IMG/VR virus record: IMGVR_UViG_2609460236_000001
Span: 15,766-79,765 of that record
Length of the DNA stretch: 64,000 nt
Reading direction: 5' to 3' (one strand)
From: a virus
Taxonomy: Duplodnaviria; Caudoviricetes
Shown: one piece after another, positions 8,985 to 18,628 of the stretch
Layout: the number at the start of each line of letters is the position of its first letter
How positions within the stretch are numbered: the stretch's first letter is position 1
The notes under the pieces: generated by a model
Databases searched by the model: none
Told to the model about the DNA's origin: nothing
Seen by the model: only the letters and a program-made list of their open reading frames with translations
Translations under genes and position numbers: made by a program

Positions 8985-9365
8985 TCAGGTACGGCCTCTC
9001 ATCGACACGGGTAGCAATCCCGCGGCGATGAGATGGTTCAGGACAACGGCCGGCGTAGAAACCGGGAACGTCCTGACACATTCGCTGAGACCCAGTGCGA
9101 TGGCATCGATGGCCTTTTTACGCACAGTCGCAGCTTCAGCCTCGCTGTGTCGCGGGAGGTAAGGCACGAGCGCGCGGCAAATCTGCTCTGCCCGCTCGAT
9201 CAGGCCGTCCGTGATGTCGGTCTCGCTGATGTCGCGATAAGCAAACGTGCTCACGACGGCTTCGACAGACGCCCGCTGATGGGCCTCTACTTCTTCCTTG
9301 CGCGATGCCAGTTCGCGCAGCAGACGCTCGTCGTCGTCCGTCCAGGTTGTGGTGGTGGTGGTCAT
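8985..9365 (-). CDS. hypothetical protein
   Basis: MTTTTTT start, protein-like ORF. Confidence 0.65.
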   Translation of the reverse strand: MTTTTTTWTDDDERLLRELASRKEEVEAHQRASVEAVVSTFAYRDISETDITDGLIERAEQICRALVPYLPRHSEAEAATVRKKAIDAIALGLSECVRTFPVSTPAVVLNHLIAAGLLPVSMRGRT

Positions 9366-9423
9366 GTCTCAATCCGCGACACAACGACAAGGGCCAGCTT
9401 ATCGGTGCATCGGTATTCGTTTT

Positions 9424-9657
9424 TTACAGGTGACGGTTGTCCGAGATCTCGTTGTTGAAAGCGCGGCCCCGCGCGGTGTTGCCCCGCAATGCAAAGGCAT
9501 CCTTCTCATTCTCGAACTTCTTGCCGATGTACTGCCGCAGCTCAACGGCATCCCAGTCGGTTGGCATGTGATCGATGCGCTTCATCACGTCATCCTGCAC
9601 ATTCTTGATCAGGTCTTTCACGAACTTTCGTTTCTGTGCTGCCGTCTGCAATGCCAT
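9424..9657 (-). CDS. hypothetical protein
   Basis: protein-like ORF, start MALQT. Confidence 0.6.
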   Translation of the reverse strand: MALQTAAQKRKFVKDLIKNVQDDVMKRIDHMPTDWDAVELRQYIGKKFENEKDAFALRGNTARGRAFNNEISDNRHL

Positions 9658-9819
9658 CTTTCTATCACCTTGGGATCGCTGGATCATACATTAGATGATC
9701 ATTATATTGTTGAAATATTAACCGTGCAGTTTGCTCTAACCGTTGATCCCGGCATTGCCTACCGCGTCGGTTGATGGAGATGCCATTCTATTGAAGAAAC
9801 GCTCCTCCTTCCATCTTGA

Positions 9820-10530
9820 CTATACGATAGTCGGGACATCCCGTTCGGCCCAATGCCGACGTTCAAGCTCCTCCATTTTATTGGCATCTTGTGCAGCTTT
9901 CACCTGAAAAATCAGGCTCTTTGCTCATTCGAACGCGACTGCTACGTGGTATTCCTTGTGCGACTCGACGCCACCGACGCTGTCGCTGAAGTGCTCGCCT
10001 TCAACAAGCTCTCCATCATCGTTTGAACGAAGTATCGTCACCTTGACCCACATGTATTCCCATTGTTCATTACACCATTGTCGTAGGAATTCGAAATCAC
10101 GGCGAACGGCTTCTGCGCGAATTTTGCAACCCGTTAAACGTTTGCTGGGGTCTATTCCAGGCGTTTCCACTGTTTCCAACGCAAGGCGAGGTACGCGCAA
10201 TCCATTGGCGATCTGATATTCGGCGCGCTTTACGCGTCGCACGATCTTTTTGGATAGCCGCTTGATCAATTCCGCCTGATCTTCCTCGCTCAAACCCCAT
10301 CCGTCATTCTTGGCGATCTGGTTTGACGCCGCGATGTCGTAATAGCGTCGCGAGGCTCGATCCGACACCAGCACAACTTCGCCGGGTCGCTTGTTCCTAC
10401 GCGTCCAGTCTGACGCGACGCCGTGGCCATCATGGTTGGCCCACAGCTCGCTGATGTCGTCGTCTCGTTCGAAATGAGCCCTGAAACTGTATCCTTCAAG
10501 CTCGAATGTATTCCCGTTGTACTGGTGCAT
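9820..10530 (-). pseudogene. paralog of 17592..18353 interrupted by in-frame TGA at 9925-9927
   Basis: Similarity to the paralog continues past the stop (HWAERDVPT vs YWAQRDTVT) to TAG at 9820-9822. Confidence 0.7.
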
Positions 10531-10537
10531 GGTGTGC

Positions 10538-10852
10538 CTATTTTGTGATCCCTGCTGCCGCTAACGCCTTCGGCCACCAGCGGTGTGCCCGGTCGTTGGC
10601 AGGGTGCAAGGAGATGTTGCGGAAGGAGCCGTCACGATGATCGCGTTCCCCATGAGAAGTGATCCAGCGGGGGTTCGACGACGGGTAGTCACTCGGTTCA
10701 GCACCGGCGTATTCGAATCTGAGCAGGTGAACCAGCTCCTTGAACGTGTATGAAACGTCTTGCCAATCGAAGCCCGTCTCGTCGGCATTACCCTGTTCAG
10801 CACTCTCGTCCGTGATGACCTCATAGGTCTGGTGGAATTTCATTGGCGTCAT
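10538..10852 (-). CDS. hypothetical protein
   Basis: AAGGA SD, protein-like ORF. Confidence 0.65.
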   Translation of the reverse strand: MTPMKFHQTYEVITDESAEQGNADETGFDWQDVSYTFKELVHLLRFEYAGAEPSDYPSSNPRWITSHGERDHRDGSFRNISLHPANDRAHRWWPKALAAAGITK

Positions 10853-11040
10853 ACGATGATCCTTGCCATTGAGCGGACGTCTGCATCCGACATGTCATGA
10901 AACTGCTGCGTGACGAGGGAACGAAACGATTCCTCGAAACCCACCTTGCGTGCTTGCTCAACAGTCGCCGCTACGAGGTACGTCCGCAAAACTTGCGTAT
11001 CAGACATGAACATGTGCAGATCCTTTTGTGCTGAATTGAG

Positions 11041-11072
11041 AAAATAAAAAAGCCCACCGATCGGTGGGCTTT
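11041..11072 (-). terminator. intrinsic terminator (possibly bidirectional)
   Basis: AAAGCCCACCGATCGGTGGGCTTT perfect inverted repeat with a long U-tract on the minus strand. Confidence 0.8.
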
Positions 11073-11099
11073 GAACATGGCTTCGCGACTAGACGTCGT

Positions 11100-11513
11100 T
11101 CATTCAAGGGCAGGCTGCAACAACACCGTGCTCGCTGAGTCGAGACGGTATGTTCTGTATCGACTTGGAACGTTGATCAGGATGGACTGTGGCTCAATAC
11201 TGGTCCACACGCCATTACGTGCCGAAAGCATGTGCTCGCCAGCGGGAAGGTATAGGTTGACGCGCTCATCGGTCGCCATTGATGCGATTTTCACACCATC
11301 AGCCAACAACTCATAGCGCGCACCGCCACCCGCGATAAACGAGCCACCAGTGCGTATAACTGTGATCTTCTGCGCACCTTCCACCGGTTGCGCATACTTC
11401 GTCGAATAGATCCTGTCCGCAGGAACGTCCTTTGCCTGCTCAAATGGAAGAGTTCTTGACGCACACGCCGTCAAACACCCCGTAAGAGCAATGCAGAGAA
11501 TCACCTTGTTCAC
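11100..11513 (-). CDS. lipoprotein (moron-like)
   Basis: signal peptide with lipobox LTAC; AT-rich upstream region and own downstream terminator. Confidence 0.75.
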   Translation of the reverse strand: MNKVILCIALTGCLTACASRTLPFEQAKDVPADRIYSTKYAQPVEGAQKITVIRTGGSFIAGGGARYELLADGVKIASMATDERVNLYLPAGEHMLSARNGVWTSIEPQSILINVPSRYRTYRLDSASTVLLQPALE

Positions 11514-11557
11514 TTCCGCCCCCTCTGTATATAAAAGGACTAGAAGTATGCCCTACC

Positions 11558-12316
11558 TCAGTCGAGAAGGTCTTGCACTATCTCTTGGATGACACCATCC
11601 ATGTAGATGGCCTGCCCGGTCGTGCAGCGGCCCCACACGATGAGACCGCAAATGTCGCGATTTATCATCTCACCCCGCTCTTCGAGCTTTCCGGCGAGCC
11701 AGCCCGAGACGATCCAATGCTCGTAGGCTTCGCAGGTATCCGGGTCGATATTGTTCGTTTCGCACGCTGCACGCCATGCTTCTTGTTCGTCGTTGTACCA
11801 GTCGTCGGCGTAGTGCTTGTTGAGGTACGCGGTCAACACTGCGTGTTCAGTTTCCGCTTCGAAGAACATTCCATCGGTATCGCCGCTGTCTTCACGCGCC
11901 TTCGCGCTTGCGATGATTTCGCTGATCTTTGCCTGATCGGGCGCATCCAGTTCATTGATCTCGTCCACTGACTCTTCCGGGATGACATAGAACTTCCCAG
12001 CGTGTTCGAAGTATTCGAGGTTGTCGAGAGTGAGATTCCCTTTTACGTCGTCTTCCGGCTGAAGCGCGACGTACTCACGACATTCGTTCTCGAACAAGAC
12101 GTAGTCTTCGTGTTCTGCTGCGGACTTATGGTCGTCTTGAACGCAGATCCCGAACAGCTCATCCTGGTCGACACTTACCTCACGCAGCACGTGCGGATTG
12201 GCACTAGCGACCAGCTTGCTGAGGTCGCTGATCAACATGCTGACACACGCATGCACTTCTTCTCGGACGAGCTGACGCGCGCGCTCGTCGAGCGCGGACT
12301 TATCAATATTGGTCAT
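11558..12316 (-). CDS. acidic hypothetical protein
   Basis: 252 aa, very D/E rich. Confidence 0.7.
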   Translation of the reverse strand: MTNIDKSALDERARQLVREEVHACVSMLISDLSKLVASANPHVLREVSVDQDELFGICVQDDHKSAAEHEDYVLFENECREYVALQPEDDVKGNLTLDNLEYFEHAGKFYVIPEESVDEINELDAPDQAKISEIIASAKAREDSGDTDGMFFEAETEHAVLTAYLNKHYADDWYNDEQEAWRAACETNNIDPDTCEAYEHWIVSGWLAGKLEERGEMINRDICGLIVWGRCTTGQAIYMDGVIQEIVQDLLD

Positions 12317-12350
12317 CGTTGTTGTGGTGGTGGTTTGTTAGCAGATTCGG

Positions 12351-12384
12351 TGAACGAGGCGCGTGGCCAGACGCGCCTCGTTCA
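12351..12384. repeat. 14-bp perfect inverted repeat overlapping a palindromic operator copy
   Basis: TGAACGAGGCGCGT-ggccag-ACGCGCCTCGTTCA. Confidence 0.85.
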
Positions 12385-12394
12385 ACTTGAACTT

Positions 12395-12625
12395 TCAGAT
12401 TGCAGCTGCCATCGAGGCTTGAGCTTCGCGCTGGTATTGGCGCTCGTCATCAGAGACGTGCGCAGCCAAGCGGGCTTCGCGTGCCTCAAGCTTCGCGACT
12501 TCGGCCTGGAAATGTTCGAGTGCGCCACGCGCTTCGAGCAGCGCGAGGCGTGTCATGCGAAGTTGGTTCTTCGCTTCCTTAGCGGGCGACTTGCCGGTGA
12601 ACATCGTGATGATTGCACTCAACAT
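12395..12625 (-). CDS. small coiled-coil protein
   Basis: GAGG SD, heptad-like pattern. Confidence 0.65.
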   Translation of the reverse strand: MLSAIITMFTGKSPAKEAKNQLRMTRLALLEARGALEHFQAEVAKLEAREARLAAHVSDDERQYQREAQASMAAAI

Positions 12626-12647
12626 GGTGATTACCTCGGTGTGGTGG

Positions 12648-12920
12648 TTATGCTTTCCGCTCGATACAGAGGAGGTAGCGAATCTCCCCGACGCGCGTCG
12701 CCATAACTGCGGTGAAAAGATTTGTACTAAATTTCGAGTCGCGCATTTCTGCCGGCCTACGGCTGGCGGGGGTATTGATGGTCCGCATCAACTGCGGATA
12801 GCCTTCAACAGTCGTTTCTATGTAGTGGCGTTCGCCTACTTCCATCATGGATAGCATTTCGTTCCATGATCCGGCTCTTACCCCGTAGGACTTTCGGGGG
12901 CTAACGTCCATCTTTCTCAT
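12648..12920 (-). CDS. hypothetical protein
   Basis: packed ORF. Confidence 0.6.
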   Translation of the reverse strand: MRKMDVSPRKSYGVRAGSWNEMLSMMEVGERHYIETTVEGYPQLMRTINTPASRRPAEMRDSKFSTNLFTAVMATRVGEIRYLLCIERKA

Positions 12921-12923
12921 CTT

Positions 12924-13598
12924 CTACCCTTGGTGTATCAACCCGTCGTCGCCGATGTACAGCTCTCGGTTCCCGGCCTGACGTGCGGCGTCGGACAGCT
13001 GGTCGCGCAAATCGCGCGGAAGCTGGCTGCGATCCCAATAGCCGGCACCGTGGCCAGCGCGGGTGAGCCAAAAATCGTGTCCGGCCTGGACCGCTCCATA
13101 GCCGGTGCAATCAATTGCACGGCGCAACTGCGGCTCGGCGAAGTCGCAGAAGTCCTTGCAATCCTCGCGGAACTTCGTTTTCGTCTCGTAGTGCAGCTCG
13201 TAACCGTCTTCGAGATGCACCGCTTCCTCCTCCCCATCGTCGTTTTTGATTGTGTCGATGCTCGACCACAACGCGGCCTCTTCGTAGCCCGTCAAGAACT
13301 CCTCAAACCAGCGTTCACGTGGCGTGTCCATGATTTCCGCGTTCGGATACAGTTCACGAACATCTTCCAGTACATCCCAGCGGTCTTTGCCGCGCAGGAA
13401 GAACTCCACGTCCCCCTCGGGCTCGATAGCCCGCCACAGCGGCTCTCCCGCGCCCCAGTACGCCCCACCTTCGTCGTAGTCGCCATCGACGAATGGGCAG
13501 TGATGGACGATCAGCTTGATGTGGGCATCGTAGTCGCCGTGGGTGTCGCGGCGACCCTTCGGTGCGCCGCGGCTGCTGCTCACGTCGCTCAATTTCAT
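12924..13598 (-). CDS. hypothetical phage early protein
   Basis: 224 aa; YDEGGAYWG and AGHDFWLTRAGHGAGYWDR conserved-looking blocks. Confidence 0.7.
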   Translation of the reverse strand: MKLSDVSSSRGAPKGRRDTHGDYDAHIKLIVHHCPFVDGDYDEGGAYWGAGEPLWRAIEPEGDVEFFLRGKDRWDVLEDVRELYPNAEIMDTPRERWFEEFLTGYEEAALWSSIDTIKNDDGEEEAVHLEDGYELHYETKTKFREDCKDFCDFAEPQLRRAIDCTGYGAVQAGHDFWLTRAGHGAGYWDRSQLPRDLRDQLSDAARQAGNRELYIGDDGLIHQG

Positions 13599-14080
13599 TG
13601 TTGGTCCGCAACCAGTTCATCGGGCACGTCCACCTCAGCGCCGAGCTTCGAGGCGACGAAGCAGCGCATCGCGGCGATGAGCGGCGTCCCACCGATGAAG
13701 CGCTGCCGGCGCTTGTGGACCGCCCACGACTCCACGCCGTAGCGTTCGCCGCCGCGCGCCGTCATCTCTTCCCAACGGGCGGTTGTGTCGTTGCCGAGAT
13801 CCGCACTCGTCATCGCGTACCAGTTACCGGTCTTCGTGTGCTTGCGGGTCGCGATGCCTTCGCGCTCGACGATCTCGAATCCCTGGTCTCGGTCGGTTGA
13901 CGGCGTGTAGCCTCGGCCGATCTTGGTCATGAGGCCTTTCGGCGTCTTGTCCCATATCCAGTAGCCAGCTTCCGACCCGCTCTTGAACCCCATCGGGTCG
14001 TGGACAATCGGCTTGCCCTCGACTTTGGCAACTGCCCAGTCGAGCGTCGCGCCGAGCAGTTCGTGTGTCTTGATCTTCAT
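13595..14080 (-). CDS. NinX/DUF2591-family phage protein
   Basis: LDWAVAK.EG...YTPSTD..QG..IVE...TPLIAAMRCFVASKLG. Confidence 0.75.
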   Translation of the reverse strand: MKIKTHELLGATLDWAVAKVEGKPIVHDPMGFKSGSEAGYWIWDKTPKGLMTKIGRGYTPSTDRDQGFEIVEREGIATRKHTKTGNWYAMTSADLGNDTTARWEEMTARGGERYGVESWAVHKRRQRFIGGTPLIAAMRCFVASKLGAEVDVPDELVADQQ

Positions 14081-14083
14081 GGG

Positions 14084-14473
14084 TTATGCCCCCGTGCCGC
14101 TCAAGACGGCCTCTGCTTGTTCGATGGCGGCGGAAATTCGACTGCAGCGGCAGTCGCAGGCCTTGTTGAACTCCGACTCAGCTGCGCACATAGAATGGTG
14201 CGTGATGTGTTGCCGCGCTTCCTTCAACGAGTCGAGCAGCTTTTCACTCGCCTGTTCAAGCTGCCAGATGCGGTAGCGCAGTTGCTCCTTGTCGGCTTCT
14301 TCACGCGTCAGCGTGTGCAGCAGCAGCTCGGCCTCTTCCTTTTTCAGTAGCTCGTCGCTGTAGCGGCCACCACCCTTTGCACGGGAGATGATGTAACGCG
14401 GCGGTTCGCCGACACATTGCAGGGTTTCGATCGTGAACGGATGTGTTGTGAAGTAACGGACGGGTTCTTTCAT
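14084..14473 (-). CDS. hypothetical protein
   Basis: packed ORF. Confidence 0.6.
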   Translation of the reverse strand: MKEPVRYFTTHPFTIETLQCVGEPPRYIISRAKGGGRYSDELLKKEEAELLLHTLTREEADKEQLRYRIWQLEQASEKLLDSLKEARQHITHHSMCAAESEFNKACDCRCSRISAAIEQAEAVLSGTGA

Positions 14474-14475
14474 GA

Positions 14476-15141
14476 TCACCACCGTTGAATGTCAGCGCTG
14501 CCCAAACCGAGCAGGTTGCACTTTTCGCGGATGAACGTGAGGACCTCGTTCAGGGTCTTCATTGCCGGCAGGGCCTCGCGGCAGAAGTCGGAGCCGTCAT
14601 CGGACTTGAAGACGATCTGCCACTTCACACCAACGTAATGGAAGGTGTTCTCGGCGAGCGCGCGGTTGTAGCTGTGTGTGACCTTGATCGGCCGCGGCGC
14701 GCGCGGCTCGGGGCGCTTAGCGGAATCGATCAGCTCGGCAATCTTGCGATTCGCGAACTCGTCGACATCACTGAGGTAATTCTGCTGCTCGTCCTCGCTG
14801 CGCGATTCCCAGTCGGCATCGAACTCGTCGGCCCAGGTCTTCACGAGGTCGCTCAATCCACGCGAGCCGTCATGGTGGTCCAGGATGTCGCCGGTCAGCT
14901 GGTCCGAGAACGTATTCCAGCGGTTGCCCAGGGTGAACGAGAGGTCGAAGATGATCTCCTGCTTGCGCAACAGTTCCGGGTGTTCATTGACGGCCTGCTT
15001 GATGTACGCGGCGTGCTCTTTCATCTGCGGCGTACGGTCGAACTCGCAGATCACCTGCTCGCCGACCTCCTTGAGCAGCAGGCCCGTGCCATCGTGGTCG
15101 GACTCGGACAGGATGAGCGGGGTCTTGAAGGGGCTGCTCAT
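14476..15141 (-). CDS. hypothetical protein
   Basis: ATGA-coupled ORF. Confidence 0.65.
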   Translation of the reverse strand: MSSPFKTPLILSESDHDGTGLLLKEVGEQVICEFDRTPQMKEHAAYIKQAVNEHPELLRKQEIIFDLSFTLGNRWNTFSDQLTGDILDHHDGSRGLSDLVKTWADEFDADWESRSEDEQQNYLSDVDEFANRKIAELIDSAKRPEPRAPRPIKVTHSYNRALAENTFHYVGVKWQIVFKSDDGSDFCREALPAMKTLNEVLTFIREKCNLLGLGSADIQRW

Positions 15142-15602
15142 TGCAACGCTTCCTTGCCGAGCGCCAGCACGGCCTGAGCGTTCGCGATCATCTGCGGATT
15201 CGCGATCGAGTCGTCATGCCAGTCGTCGATCGAAAGCATGCCGTCGAGTGCGTCGACCAGTTGCTTGGTGAGAGCGAGATTGTCTGCCGGCGCGATTCCC
15301 CCGAACTGGTTCAGGTTGAACCATTCGACACGGCCCGCCTGGGTGACGATGGCCATCAGGCCTTCTTTGGTGACGAGCTTTCCAGCCTCAACCGCACCGC
15401 GGTCTGCGAGCTGAGCCATCTTCTTGCCCAGGATCGATTCGCGTTCCTTCCTGAAGTGGTCGTTCATCTGGTCGACTTTCTTCGCGAGATCGAACAGTTC
15501 CGCTTCAGCGTGCTTCTTGCCTTCTTCGGTGCCATCGCGCAACGAAGCGACGAGCACGCCCATGACGCCCGACCAAGTCGGGGTCAATACGATAGTTTTC
15601 AT
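15138..15602 (-). CDS. hypothetical protein
   Basis: start MKTIVL at 15602 preceded by CACCACCAC. Confidence 0.65.
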   Translation of the reverse strand: MKTIVLTPTWSGVMGVLVASLRDGTEEGKKHAEAELFDLAKKVDQMNDHFRKERESILGKKMAQLADRGAVEAGKLVTKEGLMAIVTQAGRVEWFNLNQFGGIAPADNLALTKQLVDALDGMLSIDDWHDDSIANPQMIANAQAVLALGKEALQ

Positions 15603-15678
15603 GGTGTGTGGTGGTGATGGGGGGTATAAAAAAGAGCGCACTGGCCAGAGCGCACTCTTCCTTAATCAACCGGCTGAA

Positions 15679-16041
15679 TCAGTGCAGGAACGCCCTCGAA
15701 GCGATCTGCGCAGCGGTCGCGAGAATCGTCAAGGTCACGAGCCACGTGACCATCGAGGTTTTCGCTTTCTCGATTTCGACACGGAACTCTCCACGCGCCT
15801 CCGAGAGGCCGAGCTTCATGTCTGCGCGGACGTTGTCGATCTCACGACGCAGATCGGTACGCGTCGCGTCGACCTTCTGCTCAACCGCCGTCTGCATGTT
15901 GAGTAGGTCTTGCTTTGTCGCCAAGGTCTGGTCGATCGCATCAGCCAGCGCCTCGGCTTGCATCACCGCAGTCTCGCGCGGGACCCCACCTTGTTCGAGG
16001 CGCTTGACGTAAGCCAAGGTGTCGAAAGCGACAGACATCAT
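15679..16041 (-). CDS. DUF1640/CCDC90-like coiled-coil membrane-anchored protein
   Basis: AFDTLAYVKRL..GGVP...A..QAEAL, coiled coil, C-terminal hydrophobic anchor; AAGGAG SD. Confidence 0.8.
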   Translation of the reverse strand: MMSVAFDTLAYVKRLEQGGVPRETAVMQAEALADAIDQTLATKQDLLNMQTAVEQKVDATRTDLRREIDNVRADMKLGLSEARGEFRVEIEKAKTSMVTWLVTLTILATAAQIASRAFLH

Positions 16042-16075
16042 GATTTCTCCTTGTACTTTGTAAGGTGATTCTACG

Positions 16076-16291
16076 CTATGCGGAAGCGGTTTCGGGAGCG
16101 CAGCGGCCCCAGTTGCTGACTACTTTGTGGCTGGTCGCCGTCGTGCGCTCGACGTAGCCATACCCGCCCTCGTTGGCGAGCTGCTTGGCATGGGTCTCAG
16201 CGTTCCTCTGCGACCGGAATTCCCGGACGCGGTACTTGCCGGCCGTGGTCGTGAAGCGGGTGCGGTAGATCGGTTTGCTCATATCTTTCAC
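16076..16291 (-). CDS. hypothetical protein
   Basis: packed ORF. Confidence 0.55.
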   Translation of the reverse strand: MKDMSKPIYRTRFTTTAGKYRVREFRSQRNAETHAKQLANEGGYGYVERTTATSHKVVSNWGRCAPETASA

Positions 16292-16494
16292 GATGTGAAA
16301 TTCGGATCATGCAGGGTGCGCCACGCGGCATCCCGAGCCTTTCGGCCCGACATCCCCTGCCTCTTGAACTGTTCGGTCAGCTGCCGGCGCGCACGCCGGT
16401 CGGCCATGTCCGGGTTCGCGTACAGGTCCAGCTCCAGTTCAGCGATACGCGCTTCCAGGCGCTGGATGTACTCCAGCAGTTGCTCGGGGTTCAT
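16288..16494 (-). CDS. hypothetical protein
   Basis: packed ORF. Confidence 0.6.
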   Translation of the reverse strand: MNPEQLLEYIQRLEARIAELELDLYANPDMADRRARRQLTEQFKRQGMSGRKARDAAWRTLHDPNFTS

Positions 16495-16820
16495 CCGTGC
16501 GCCTCTTCCAACTGGTTGGCCAGTTCAGTAGCCCCTTTGAGGACTTCTTCCAGGCACACGTGGTGATCGGAGATCACGTCCCACCCGTCATTTCCGTAGA
16601 CCAGGTGAACCGACCCGACGTGCGTACCGTCTTTCCAGAGGCGCAGATACTCTTCTTCACATGCGAACAGCGCGGCGAGGATCTTGTCCTTGTCGGTGCT
16701 CTTCGAAATCGCAGTGCCTTCTCCGTCGAATACACTCAGCTTGAACCCCGCGGCCAAGGCGTCGACGACGATCTTTTCGACGATCTGCTTCTCGATCGCG
16801 ATTCGTTGTTGTACGTTCAT
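16491..16820 (-). CDS. hypothetical protein
   Basis: AAGGA SD directly after a palindromic motif. Confidence 0.7.
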   Translation of the reverse strand: MNVQQRIAIEKQIVEKIVVDALAAGFKLSVFDGEGTAISKSTDKDKILAALFACEEEYLRLWKDGTHVGSVHLVYGNDGWDVISDHHVCLEEVLKGATELANQLEEAHG

Positions 16821-16832
16821 GTGTTGATCCTT

Positions 16833-16846
16833 GGTTCAACTTGCAC
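16833..16846. promoter_or_regulatory. palindromic repeat GGTTCAACTTGCAC (putative operator)
   Basis: one of at least 8 copies in 12.3-24.2 kb; contains the stop codon of 16836..17126. Confidence 0.65.
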
Positions 16847-17126
16847 TTGCACTTGCGACGTGCAGCCGCCGGTTATCGAAGGCAAAGTTCTCGGCTTCGT
16901 CCAGCCCTGCGTTGAAGGGGCCGATCACGTCATAGACCAGCACTGATTTCGCACCGTTCGCAAACAGCTGCAACGCCTTCGTATCGCGACTGGTTTCCTG
17001 GTAGTGCGTGTCGATCGACCACTCGTCCTTCTCGTTGATCCACTCGACCGCATAGAAGGTTCGCGTCTCATCACTTGTGAAGTCGAGCGAGGGAAGGCGC
17101 TGGATTTTGGGGTTGTTCAGGCTCAT
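16836..17126 (-). CDS. hypothetical protein (MSLNNP start)
   Basis: packed ORF. Confidence 0.6.
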   Translation of the reverse strand: MSLNNPKIQRLPSLDFTSDETRTFYAVEWINEKDEWSIDTHYQETSRDTKALQLFANGAKSVLVYDVIGPFNAGLDEAENFAFDNRRLHVASASAS

Positions 17127-17404
17127 TCAACGCTCCCGAATTGACGCTCGATGGCGTGAATCTCCATCGGGTTGTGCTCACGCAGGTACGCCAGTGCCTT
17201 CTTGTGATACTCGCTACCTACTCGCGCCTGATCGACCACGAACTTCCATGCGACATAATCGTTGAGGAACACGTCGTCATCGTCACAGCACTGGAGCTGA
17301 TACCGGCCGCATTCAGAACCATCGCAGGTGAAGATCGACCAGCCCTCTCCGACCGCCTGCTCATTGTCGAACTCGCGCGGGGTGTTGGGGTTGTTCAGGC
17401 TCAT
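17123..17404 (-). CDS. hypothetical protein (MSLNNP start)
   Basis: packed ORF flanked by 21-bp direct repeats. Confidence 0.6.
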   Translation of the reverse strand: MSLNNPNTPREFDNEQAVGEGWSIFTCDGSECGRYQLQCCDDDDVFLNDYVAWKFVVDQARVGSEYHKKALAYLREHNPMEIHAIERQFGSVE

Positions 17405-17580
17405 TGCGGTGCATCTCCCTCATGAGCGGTAGCGGGGCCACTGCTCTCGTAGTCGAAAGCTTCGGAACCCTGCTGTTCGAATACGTCCAGTGCGGCCTTC
17501 TTCGCTTCTTCCACGTTGGACGCTTCGAAGTCGCACGTGTAGTACGTCGGCCGCGCGACAGTGATGGTGAATCTAGTCAT
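17401..17580 (-). CDS. hypothetical protein (59 aa)
   Basis: manual translation MTRFTITVARPTYY...; GAGGTG SD; ATGA overlap. Confidence 0.6.
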   Translation of the reverse strand: MTRFTITVARPTYYTCDFEASNVEEAKKAALDVFEQQGSEAFDYESSGPATAHEGDAPQ

Positions 17581-17591
17581 ATTTTTTCACC

Positions 17592-18353
17592 TCACATAAC
17601 CTGGAGACGGACAACACCTGTAACGGTGTCACGTTGCGCCCAGTACAGGGCTTCAGCCGCTTCTCGTGCGTCGGCCTGACGCTCGTCGGCGAGTTCGGCT
17701 AGGAACTCGCCGATATGTTCGTGCGCGACTTCCTTGATGTAGTCGTAGGCATTGCTCTCGATACCCCATAGATCCTTCGACACCAAATAGTCGAGTTCCA
17801 CATCGGTGTCGGGGTCGTGGTCCGCCTTGCCGAGATACATGACGCACACGCCGACGTAGTTCCACTGGTCGTTGCACCAGCCACGCAGGAACTCGTAGTC
17901 GCGGCGTACCGCCTCGGCACGAATCTCGCCTCGCGTAAGTGGCTTTTTCGGATCTCGCCCGGGGAGCGCCACTGTTTCAACTTGATCCGCACTGTACTTG
18001 TAGATGTGCGAGACAAACCCGCGTTGCACGATGGTTGGCTTTTCGCCCTTCCGAATCCTGCGCACGGTTCGGGGTCGAGCCAAGTGCTCGATCAGCTCAG
18101 CCTTCGCCTTGTCGCTCAAGCCCCACCCGTCTCGCTTCGCGATCTTGTTGGCTTCCTGGACGTCGTAGAAGCGCTTGCTACCACTATCGGTGTTCAAGAT
18201 ACGTTCACCGGGGCGCTTGTCACGTCGCGTCCATTCGGAAACCGGCCCATGTCCGTCAAAGTTTTTCCACGGCTCGCCGTTGTCGCAGTCGTCTCGCAGA
18301 AATACCTTGAAGACGTAGCCTTCCTTCTCGATCACTTCGCCGTCGTAGATCAT
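17592..18353 (-). CDS. hypothetical protein, intact paralog of 9820..10530
   Basis: shared DGHG..S.WTRR.KRPGE, IAK.DGWGLS, IRAEAVRRD.EFLR.WCN.QW.Y. Confidence 0.75.
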   Translation of the reverse strand: MIYDGEVIEKEGYVFKVFLRDDCDNGEPWKNFDGHGPVSEWTRRDKRPGERILNTDSGSKRFYDVQEANKIAKRDGWGLSDKAKAELIEHLARPRTVRRIRKGEKPTIVQRGFVSHIYKYSADQVETVALPGRDPKKPLTRGEIRAEAVRRDYEFLRGWCNDQWNYVGVCVMYLGKADHDPDTDVELDYLVSKDLWGIESNAYDYIKEVAHEHIGEFLAELADERQADAREAAEALYWAQRDTVTGVVRLQVM

Positions 18354-18628
18354 TCGTGACCTCCGTACGCCGATTCGATCGGCTTCCCTGAGTGGACACA
18401 GACCATGTTCGTGTCTTCCCAGTTGATGTCCATTGCGATCACCTTCCAGCCGCCGTGCTTGTCATTGGCGATGATCGCGTCGCGGACAAGACCTGCGTTC
18501 TCCTGCGCAGCTTTGAATGAAAGCGCCTCGCAGTCCGATGTGATGAAGTAGCACGGATAGCCGCCCGGCCAGGCGTAGGGACCGTGGGCCATTGCCTTGT
18601 TGAAGTCGAAGACGTGGCGGATATTCAT
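18350..18628 (-). CDS. hypothetical protein
   Basis: YAWPGGYP motif, packed ORF. Confidence 0.7.
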   Translation of the reverse strand: MNIRHVFDFNKAMAHGPYAWPGGYPCYFITSDCEALSFKAAQENAGLVRDAIIANDKHGGWKVIAMDINWEDTNMVCVHSGKPIESAYGGHE

